A DNA stretch of 63,982 nt, counting the filler, from Octopus bimaculoides (lineage: Eukaryota): assembly GCF_001194135.2 (NCBI RefSeq). It is 6 parts of 6 records of this genome, joined end to end, with 100 filler letters (N's around TTAATTAATTAA, not from the genome) between each part and the next. Parts side by side here need not be neighbours in the genome. Positions count along the whole stretch, not along the records: positions 1 to 17,604 come from NC_069007.1; 5 more parts are not named here. One strand, 5' to 3'. Both the position numbers and the translations under genes were made by a program. Of this stretch, positions 1 through 9,950 are shown piece after piece (the first letter of the stretch is position 1; every line of letters starts with the position of its first letter). The notes beneath the pieces were generated by a model. It was given only the letters and a program-made list of their open reading frames with translations, was not told the origin of the DNA and did not search any database.

Positions 1-44
1 ATAGAAACTACTTTAAATAACAAGAACAACAACAATAAATATTG

Positions 45-81
45 TCATGATGATGATGATGATGATGGCGATGATGATGGC

Positions 82-123
<42 letters not shown>

Positions 124-129
124 GATGGC

Positions 130-177
<48 letters not shown>

Positions 178-600
178 GATGATGATGGCGATGATGATGG
201 CGATGATGATGATGAGGAGGAGGAGGTGGAGGACAATGATGATGATAGCAATGGTAATGGTTAATGATAATGATGATTGTGATGATAATGAAGATGATCA
301 TGATGATGATGATCATGATGGAGACAAGCACGATGATGATGATGGGAGGATAATGTGACAATCATGACGGTGAATGTGGTGATGCTGATGATGATGATAA
401 TGGTGATGATGACGATGACCATGATCACAATGATGACTATTACAAGGATGATGATGGTTATGATGTTCAGGACATTTATAACAGTGGAGATTGTGGTGAT
501 GATGTGACGATGGTAACTGTTGAGATGACGACGATGATCACAACGATGACAATGATCATGATGATGAGGCGGAGGGGGAGGAGGATGGCTGCGATGATGA
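45..600. repeat. (GAT/ATG)n trinucleotide low-complexity tract
   Basis: Direct reading. It produces the poly-M/H/S pseudo-ORFs in the ORF track. Confidence 0.95.
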
Positions 601-1115
601 TGAATTGAGGAGCAGAGAAATAAAATATTCTTATTCCACTAAGTGATGGGAAAATCAGTTTTTCTTTCCCTTTTAAATATATTTCAAAAAACTTGAGGGT
701 ATTCAGGNNNNNNNNNNNNNNNNNNNNNNNNNNNNNNNNNNNNNNNNNNNNNNNNNNNNNNNNNNNNNNNNNNNNNNNNNNNNNNNNNNNNNNNNNNNNN
801 NNNNNNNNNNNNNNNNNNNNNNNNNNNNNNNNNNNNNNNNNNNNNNNNNNNNNNNNNNNNNNNNNNNNNNNNNNNNNNNNNNNNNNNNNNNNNNNNNNNN
901 NNNNNNNNNNNNNNNNNNNNNNNNNNNNNNNNNNNNNNNNNNNNNNNNNNNNNNNNNNNNNNNNNNNNNNNNNNNNNNNNNNNNNNNNNNNNNNNNNNNN
1001 NNNNNNNNNNNNNNNNNNNNNNNNNNNNNNNNNNNNNNNNNNNNNNNNNNNNNNNNNNNNNNNNNNNNNNNNNNNNNNNNNNNNNNNNNNNNNNNNNNNN
1101 NNNNNNNNNNNNNNN

Positions 1116-1175
<60 letters not shown>

Positions 1176-1639
1176 ATATACATACACATATATACATGCA
1201 CACACACACACACACACATATATATATACACATATGCACTCATAAATATATAGCATGTGTGTGTGGTGTTGTGTCATAGCATATATGCTTGCACACCGCG
1301 TAGTGTTTTTGAAGCCAAAGTAATAAAGAACATCTCTTTAGAAACACGTTACTGTTCGGTTCCATTAGTAAAATTGCTGATTCTGGAACTTCTTGGCAAT
1401 CACCTAAATTCTTCAAGTTGCCAATACTGAGGAGCATCTCATTGTCATTAATTCAAAATAGAGATTTAGTGAAGTCTGTCGAGGCTGGTGGCCCTTCAGA
1501 TTCTACCATCTTGCATTTTATGTATTGCATGTAGGTCGTACCTCTCGCAAAATGTAATAAATCCTATTGCATGTGTTGCTTTTATTTATAATTCTTTGTC
1601 TCTGCTATCAATTTAAGACACCTAGCTAGAGTATGGTGT

Positions 1640-4600
1640 GTGTGAGGGGGTAGGCAATGATAGAAAAATGCATAGAGGAAGGGGTGGTATGATACACAGC
1701 TATGCATGAATGGGAATGATAGAAGAATGCATTCAAAGATAGGGAAAGAATGATACACACCTATTAATGTGGGAGGGAAATGATAGAGAAATATAGAGAA
1801 GAAAGGAAGAAATGATACAACACACCTATGGATGGTAGAGGGGAATAATAGAGAAATATAGAGAAGGAAGGGAGGAATGATACACACCTTTGCATGGTGG
1901 AGAGCGATACAAAGAAGGAGGCAAAGAATCATAAGAATGATACACAGCTATGCATGATGGAGGGGAATGACAGAGAAATACATAGGGAGAGAAGAATGAT
2001 ACACACCTATGAATGGTGGAGGAGAATGATACAGAAATATATAAATAGAGGAAGGGAAGGAATGATACACACTTATGCATGGTGGAGAGGAATGACAGAG
2101 AAATACATAGGGAGAGAAGAATGATACACACCTATGAATGGTGGAGGAGAATGATACAGAAATATATAANNNNNNNNNNNNNNNNNNNNNNNNNNNNNNN
2201 NNNNNNNNNNNNNNNNNNNNNNNNNNNNNNNNNNNNNNNNNNNNNNNNNNNNNNNNNNNNNNNNNNNNNNNNNNNNNNNNNNNNNNNNNNNNNNNNNNNN
2301 NNNNNNNNNNNNNNNNNNNNNNNNNNNNNNNNNNNNNNNNNNNNNNNNNNNNNNNNNNNNNNNNNNNNNNNNNNNNNNNNNNNNNNNNNNNNNNNNNNNN
2401 NNNNNNNNNNNNNNNNNNNNNNNNNNNNNNNNNNNNNNNNNNNNNNNNNNNNNNNNNNNNNNNNNNNNNNNNNNNNNNNNNNNNNNNNNNNNNNNNNNNN
2501 NNNNNNNNNNNNNNNNNNNNNNNNNNNNNNNNNNNNNNNNNNNNNNNNNNNNNNNNNNNNNNNNNNNNNNNNNNNNNNNNNNNNNNNNNNNNNNNNNNNN
2601 NNNNNNNNNNNNNNNNNNNNNNNNNNNNNNNNNNNNNNTGGAGAGGAATGACAGAGAAATACATAGGGAGAGAAGAATGATACACACCTATGAATGGTGG
2701 AGGAGAATGATACAGAAATATATAAATAGAAGGAGGGAAGGAATGATACACACTTATGCATGGTGGACGGGAATGACAGAGAAATATATAGGGAGAGAAG
2801 AATGATACACACCTATGAATGGTGGAGGAGAATGATACAGAAATATATATATATATAGAGGGAGGGAAGGAATGATACACACTTATGCATGGTGGAGGGG
2901 AATGATAGAGAAATATATAGGGAGAGAAGAATGATACACACCTATGAATGGTGCAGGAGAATGATACAGAAATATATAAATAGAAGGAGGGAAGGAATGA
3001 TACACACTTATGCATGGTGGAGGGGAATGACAGAGAAATACATAGGGAGAGAAGAATGATACACACCTATGAATGGTGGAGGAGAATGATACAGAAATAT
3101 ATAAATAGAGGGAGGGAAGGAATGATACATACTTATGCATGGTGGAGAGGAATGACAGAGAAATACGTAGGGAGAGAAGAATGATACACACCTATGAATG
3201 GTGGAGGAGAATGATACAGAAATATATAAATAGAAGGAGGAAAGGAATGATACATACTTATGCATGGTGGAGGGGAATGACAGAGAAATACATAGGGAGA
3301 GAAGAATGATACACACCTATGAATGGTGGAGGAGAATGATACAGAAATATATAACTAGAGGGAGGGAAGGAATGATACACACTTATGCATAGTGGAGGGG
3401 AATGACAGAGAAATACATAGGGAGAGAAGAATGATACACACCTATGAATGGTGGAGAAGAATGATACAGAAATATATAAATAGAAGGAGGAAAGGAATGA
3501 TACACACTTATGCATGGTGGAGGGGAATGACAGAGAAATACATAGGGAGAGAAGAATGATACACACCTATGAATGGTGGAGGAGAATGATACAGAAATAT
3601 ATAAACNNNNNNNNNNNNNNNNNNNNNNNNNNNNNNNNNNNNNNNNNNNNNNNNNNNNNNNNNNNNNNNNNNNNNNNNNNNNNNNNNNNNNNNNNNNNNN
3701 NNNNNNNNNNNNNNNNNNNNNNNNNNNNNNNNNNNNNNNNNNNNNNNNNNNNNNNNNNNNNNNNNNNNNNNNNNNNNNNNNNNNNNNNNNNNNNNNNNNN
3801 NNNNNNNNNNNNNNNNNNNNNNNNNNNNNNNNNNNNNNNNNNNNNNNNNNNNNNNNNNNNNNNNNNNNNNNNNNNNNNNNNNNNNNNNNNNNNNNNNNNN
3901 NNNNNNNNNNNNNNNNNNNNNNNNNNNNNNNNNNNNNNNNNNNNNNNNNNNNNNNNNNNNNNNNNNNNNNNNNNNNNNNNNNNNNNNNNNNNNNNNNNNN
4001 NNNNNNNNNNNNNNNNNNNNNNNNNNNNNNNNNNNNNNNNNNNNNNNNNNNNNNNNNNNNNNNNNNNNNNNNNNNNNNNNNNNNNNNNNNNNNNNNNNNN
4101 NNNNNNNNNNNNNNNNNNNNNNNNNNNNNNNNNNNNNNNNNNAAAGGAATGATACACACTTATGCATGGTGGAGGGGAATGACAGAGAAATACATAGGGA
4201 GAGAAGAATGATACACACCTATGAATGGTGGAGGAGAATGATACAGAAATATATAAACAGAAGGAGGGAAGGAACGATACACACTTATACATGGTGGAGA
4301 GGAATGACATAGAAATATATAGGGAGAGAAGAATGATACACACCTATGAATGGTGGAGGAGAATGATACAGAAATATATAAATAGAGGGAGGGAAGGAAT
4401 GATACACACTTATGCATGGTGGAGGGGAATGATAGAGAAATATATAGGGAGAGAAGGATACACACCTATGAATGGTGGAGGAGAATGATACAGAAATATA
4501 TAAATAAAAGGAGGGAAGGAATGATACACACTTATGCATGGTGGAGGGGAATGACAGAGAAATACATAGGGAGAGAAGAATGATACACACCTATGAATGG

Positions 4601-5741
4601 TGGAGGAGAATGATACAGAAATATATAAATAAGAGGGAAGGAATGATACATACTTAAGCATGGTGAGGGGGAATGACGGAGAATATACACCAATACACAG
4701 TGGAGGGGAGACTAATAGACAGATACATATGGTGGGAGGCTAAAAATAATCCACATCTATAAACTGTTAGAGAAAAAAATTGTTTGGAAGGATAGGATTA
4801 TCATAAGCCTACACTAATGTGGGAGGAGAACAATGATAGACAGTAATATATAATGGGAGACTAAGAATGATATACATACATTGGGGAAGGGGTGATAGCC
4901 ACCAACACACTTATGCACAGTGGAAGGTAAGAAGGATAGACACCTATATAAAAACAGAGAAGAAGAATGATACATGCCTACACACTGGGAGCAATGGAAG
5001 CGCAATCGCCCAGTGGTTAGGGCAGCGGACTCGTGGTCATAGGATCGCAGTTTCGATTCCTAGACCAGGCGTTGTAAGTGTTTATTGAGTGAAAACACCT
5101 AAAAGCACCACGAGGCTCCGGCAGGGGATGGTGGTGAACCCTGCTGTACTCTTCCGCCACAACTTTCTCTCACTCTTTCTTCCTGTTTCTGTTGTGCCTG
5201 TAATTCAAAGGGTCAGCCTTGTCACACTGTGTCACGCTGAATATCCCCAAGAACTACGTTAAGGGTACACGTGTCTGTGGAGTGCTCAGCCACTTGCACG
5301 TTAATTTCATGAGCAGGCTGTTCCGTTGATCGGATCAACTGGAACCCTCAACGTCGNNNNNNNNNNAGACCAGGCGTTGTAAGTGTTTATTGAGTGAAAA
5401 CACCTAAAAGCACCACGAGGCTCCGGCAGGGGATGGTGGTGAACCCTGCTGTACTCTTCCGCCACAACTTTCTCTCACTCTTTCTTCCTGTTTCTGTTGT
5501 GCCTGTAATTCAAAGGGTCAGCCTTGTCACACTGTGTCACGCTGAATATCCCCAAGAACTACGTTAAGGGTACACGTGTCTGTGGAGTGCTCAGCCACTT
5601 GCACGTTAATTTCATGAGCAGGCTGTTCCGTTGATCGGATCAACTGGAACCCTCAACGTCGTAAGCGACGGAGTGCCAATACACACACAGTGGGAGGGGA
5701 TAAATGATAGACAATTACACAGATGAAGGGGAGGAATATGT

Positions 5742-5784
<43 letters not shown>

Positions 5785-6410
5785 GCTACATATGGTGGAG
5801 GCTAAGAATGATACACACAGTAGAAGAAGATAATACCTGCCTATATATGGCAAAAGGCTGAGAATGATAGATGTAGTGGGAGAGGAAGAATGGTAGATAT
5901 CTAAGCAAAGTGAGATGGTGAAAGTGAATGATACACACCTACACATGGTATGAGATAAAGAATGATAGATACAGTGATCAGAAAGGAATGATAGACACCT
6001 TTACACAATGGATAGGGTGAAGGATACACACTTACACAAGGTGAGAGGAAAGGAATGATAGACAATTAAACACAGTAGGAGGAGTGGAATGATAAACACC
6101 TACATAAAATGGGAGGGGTAGAACGAGACCTACAATATGAGAGGAATGATAAACACCCAATATAGTGGGAGGGAACAGGTGGTAGAGACCTACACAGGGG
6201 AAGAGATGAATGAGAGGCACCTACATACAGTGGGAGGGGTGGAATGATAAACCCCCACATATGGTGGGAGGGGAATAAATGGTAGATACCTATTTAGTGG
6301 GAGCAGATGAATATGATACAGCTACATACAATGGGAGGGGTGGAATGATACACATCTATACATGGTAGAAAGGAAGCCCTTTATATACACCTACACATAG
6401 GGAGAAGAGG
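1640..6410 (+). repeat. 125-bp higher-order satellite (30+36+30+29-bp GAATGAYA-initiated monomers) with decayed flanks
   Basis: Near-identical 125-bp period from ~1950 to 4660 (ORF starts recur at 2883/3008, 3258/3383). Diverged ~30-bp GAATGATA monomers continue on both sides. Two N gaps and a SINE lie inside. Confidence 0.93.
4996..5679 (+). mobile_element. tRNA-derived SINE family A (tRNA-Arg-like head) inserted in satellite flank; 5367-5661 is an artefactual re-read of 5062-5356
   Basis: A-box TGGCCCAGTGGTTAGG-like and B-box GTTTCGATTCC. Body matches copies at 6470, 25883 and 35260. Identical sequence on both sides of a 10-N gap. Confidence 0.9.
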
Positions 6411-6469
6411 CGATTGATTTCAATTTTGAAATTTTTGCAGATTATTTGTTATTTACATTTTTGTGTAGT

Positions 6470-6856
6470 GGAGGCGTAATGGCCCAGTGGTTAGGGCAGC
6501 GGACTCGCGGTTATAGGATCGCGGTTTCGATCCCCAGACCGGGCGTTGTGAGTGTTTATTGAGCGAAAACACCGAAAGCTCCACGAGGCTCCAGCAGGGG
6601 ATGGTGGAGAACCCTGCTGTACTCTTTCACCACAACTTTCTCTCACTCTTACTTCCTGTTTCTGTTGTGCCTGTAATTCAAGGGGTCAGCCTTGTCACAC
6701 TGTGTCACGCTGAATATCCAACGAGAACTACGTTAAGGGTACACATGTCTGTGGAGTGCTCAGCCACTCGCACGTTAATTTCATGAGCAGGCTGTTCCGT
6801 TGATCGGATCAACTGGAACCCTCAACGTTGTAAGCAACGGAGTGCCAACAACAACA
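6470..6856 (+). mobile_element. SINE family A, full length with (CAA)n tail
   Basis: Full body homologous to other copies; degenerate TSD ACATT(T/C)TTGTG on both sides. Confidence 0.9.
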
Positions 6857-7052
6857 TTCTTGTGGTTTTTTCATTTCTTTTTTTAGATTGCTTTAGCCAT
6901 CATGGTTTGGGCAGTGATGGGGGTAGGTAGAATTTTAGGTAATTTCATCTGTTAGTAGCATCAGGCATCATCATCATCATCATCATTGTTATTATCATCA
7001 GTCCTCATTACCTTGATCATCACTTGTCATCATCATCATTATCATGTTGCCA

Positions 7053-7284
7053 GGACGGTGAGTTGGAAGAATTGTTAGTATTCCAGGTGAAATACTTAGT
7101 AGTGTTTCGTCTGTTGTTACGTTCTGAGTTCAAATTCCACTGAGGTCAACTTTGCTTTTCATCCTTTCTGGGTCGATTAAATAAGTACCAGTTACACACT
7201 GGGGTCGATGTAATTAATTAATCCCTTTGTCTGTCCTTGTTTGTCCCCTTTATGTTTAGCCCCCTGTGGGCAATGAAGAAATAA
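7053..7284 (+). mobile_element. SINE family C (GGCGGTGAGCTGGCAGAA head; CCTTTCATCCTTTCGGGGTCGATAAATAAGTACCAG core)
   Basis: Homologous to copies at 13339, 29741, 31621, 36826, 47261 and 53855; carries an alternative 3' tail. Confidence 0.85.
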
Positions 7285-7462
7285 TTTTATCACTGTTCTT
7301 ATCATTGTCATCATTTTCACTTCTAAAACCACCTCTATCATGGCCACCATCATCATCACCATTGTCATCATCATAATCACCCTCATCCTGATCAGAATCA
7401 TCATCATCCTCATCATCACTATGAACATCACCATCATCATTTCTACCACCACCATCACCACT

Positions 7463-8262
7463 AGGTCTGAATAAAAGTCGAAATGATCATAGCTGTAACA
7501 TCTCTGATTATAGGTCTGCTTGAGTGTCGCTGACCTTGGGCTAAACAATAACTAGAAGGAAAGGCATCATACAATGCAGTTCTAGGTCTGAGTAAAAGTT
7601 GGGATGGTCACAGCTGGAAAATCTTTGATCATAAGGCTTATTTTGCTGACCTGGGGTTAAACAACAACTCAAAGGGAAGACGGGTAGTCCTAGATACATT
7701 ATATCTGAACCAAAGAGGGGATGGTCATATCCAGAACGTATATGATCAGGACTAATCCAAGGCTAAACAACAACAGTAATGAATAAAAGAGGAGATGGTC
7801 ATATCTGGAACGTCTTCAATCATATTTCTGGAACATTCCTGATCAGGACTAACCTGGAACTAAACAACAACAACAATGAATAACAGAGGAGATGGTCATA
7901 TCTGGAACGTCGTCGAACATATTTCTGAAATATCTTTGACAAGGACTAACCTGGANNNNNNNNNNTGGAACTAAACAACAACAACAATGAATAACAGAGG
8001 AGATGGTCATATCTGGAACGTCGTCGAACATATTTCTGAAATATCTTTGACAAGGACTAACCTGGAACTAAACAATAACAGCAATGAATAACAGAGGAGA
8101 TGGTCATATCTGGAACGTCGTCAAACATATTTCTGAAATATCTGTGATCAGGACTAACCTGGTACTAAACAACAACACCAATGACTAACAGAGGAGATGG
8201 CCATATCTGGAACGTCGTCGAACATATTTCTGAAATATCTGTGATCAGGACTAACCTGGTAC
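7463..8262 (+). repeat. 97-bp tandem array grading out of a dispersed short repeat
   Basis: GGACTAACCTGG recurs at 7846, 7943, 8054, 8151 and 8248; more diverged units at 7463-7760. Confidence 0.88.
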
Positions 8263-8419
8263 CAAACAACAACAGTACCACAACAGCAGCAACAACAACA
8301 ACGCCAACAGCAAGTAGACATCTTTGGTTCTGGTTGTGCTACATTATGTAAATTCACCCAGAAATGTCTGTGGTTTGCAGACATCGAGAAATTCCTTGAT
8401 ATCACAAAGAGACATAACC

Positions 8420-8570
<151 letters not shown>

Positions 8571-9086
8571 AAAGACATTAGACAAAGATAAAGAAATCTC
8601 TCCGCTAACGTCTCAACAAGTTATTAAGTGTTATTGGATATTTCCATTGTGTTGTTCCATTGATTCTTGGAGAGGTGAAGCTAGCTGATTCAATAAACTT
8701 CCTGTTGTTCTACTATCACAGAAAAATGAAGAATAACAGCCAAAAATTTCCCCTCAAAAAATTCCCCAACCATTATTAATGCAATTTAAATCTAAATTCT
8801 TTATATTGCAAAATTTTATTTCTTTATTATTATTTTCCATTATTTTTTACTTTCTTTGTGTGTGAATTAGATACATTCAACATCGCGGGTCATATTCCTG
8901 CTGAGAAAAATTTGGTTTATGGTTAAGAATAAGTTAGATGCTTAGGATCAAGGTCTACAGGGTGAGGTTACGGTTTGAAGGTTAGGGTTAGGGTTTAATC
9001 GACTTTCCCCACTCACCTGAAATTGCTGGCCTTGTGCCAAAATTTGAAACAAACATACTGGTGAAAGCTTATAATTATGTATTAAA

Positions 9087-9263
9087 CGCAAGTGTGGCTG
9101 TGTGGTAAGAAGTTTGCTTCCCAACCACATGGTTCCAGATTCAGTCCCACTATGCGGCACCTTCGGCATGTGTCTTCTACTGTAGCCTCAGACCGACCAA
9201 AGCCTTGTGAGTGGATTTGGTAAACAGAAACTGAAAGAAGCCCACCGTATATATATATATATA
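9087..9263 (+). mobile_element. SINE family B, 5' half ending in (TA)n
   Basis: GTGGCTGTGTGGTAAGAAGTTTGCTT head and GAAACTGAAAGAAGCCC motif; homologous to the full copy at 12910-13287. Confidence 0.88.
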
Positions 9264-9290
9264 CAGGGTCATTTTTCAAAGGAATTTCCA

Positions 9291-9368
9291 GTGGCTGGAT
9301 AACTGAAGAGATGTTGGAGTGGACCCCCCCACCCTGGCATCCGAAACTCGGAGTTTTATCATGGCTAC
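9291..9368 (+). ncRNA. Type I hammerhead ribozyme-like motif (Penelope-type LTR remnant)
   Basis: GATAA|CTGAAGA|stem II GATGTTGG..CTGGCATC|C|GAAA|CTCGGAG|TT|TTATC. Stem I is GATAA/TTATC plus GTGGC/GCTAC. The cleavage triplet would be GUU at 9353-9355. Confidence 0.6.
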
Positions 9369-9654
9369 GAAATAAGTGTCACATATTTTTGCAGATAAAT
9401 TCCTCTATTTGCATAATATCGAGGTCTCTTTCTTTCTTTTGTTGCCATTCCTGTCAAATATATATATAACAGTATTTATAAAATAGATGGAATAAAAAAG
9501 TTTATTTAGTACAACACATGTTTCGACATGTTCTGGGTCTTTTCGGGTACACAGATAAATAAAAAAAATAAAAAGTCTCACTACAGATTTTCTGATTTGG
9601 TTTTATGCACAGCTATATGTTGATGGACATATGCAGTTAAATATATGTCCGGTC

Positions 9655-9720
9655 ATAGAGTGACCAATGGTTTTGCATTCATAAAGGGCTTAGCTCCATG
9701 GACAACTCTTCAGACACTAT
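9655..9720 (-). ncRNA. Type I hammerhead ribozyme-like motif, G12->A decayed
   Basis: Minus strand reads ATAGTGT|CTGAAGA|GTTGTCCAT..ATGAATGC|AAAA|CCATTGG|TC|ACTCTAT. Stem I has 6/7 pairs, the triplet is GUC, and stem III ACCATTGGT is near-palindromic. Confidence 0.55.
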
Positions 9721-9757
9721 ATATGATACGTATGTATGTATTGCATATTTATGTATG

Positions 9758-9808
<51 letters not shown>

Positions 9809-9829
9809 ATAACTAGTAAATGGTATAAA

Positions 9830-9950
9830 AATTACTATGCACATTTCGTGGCTATATTTTCAAATAGATAACTAATAAAACCAATTCAATTAATAATCAT
9901 ATTAATCTATAATTAAATCTATTCAAAAATATAGTCACTCATCAGGTCTA
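9830..9950 (-). ncRNA. Hammerhead-like motif with intact core and long stem II
   Basis: Minus strand: CTGATGA (9945-9939), 22-bp stem II (9917-9938 pairing with 9848-9869), GAAA (9847-9844), near-palindromic stem III ATGTGCAT, AUA triplet. Stem I has only 2 bp. Confidence 0.55.

Noticed and set aside
1826-4661. Repeated ~100-aa ORFs (MCIILLSL.. / MVEEND..) resembling a tandem gene or CRISPR-like array
   Set aside because: Frames of the 125-bp satellite. There are no unique spacers, the period is not a multiple of 3, and there are no cas genes.
4996-5065. tRNA-like sequences at SINE A heads (also 6470, 25883, 35260, 59760)
   Set aside because: They continue into a shared SINE body and lack a complete acceptor stem, so they are not tRNA genes.
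5062-5661. Tandem duplication within the SINE; similar cases at 7956 and 14787
   Set aside because: Identical overlaps flanking 10-N gaps, i.e. unmerged contig ends.
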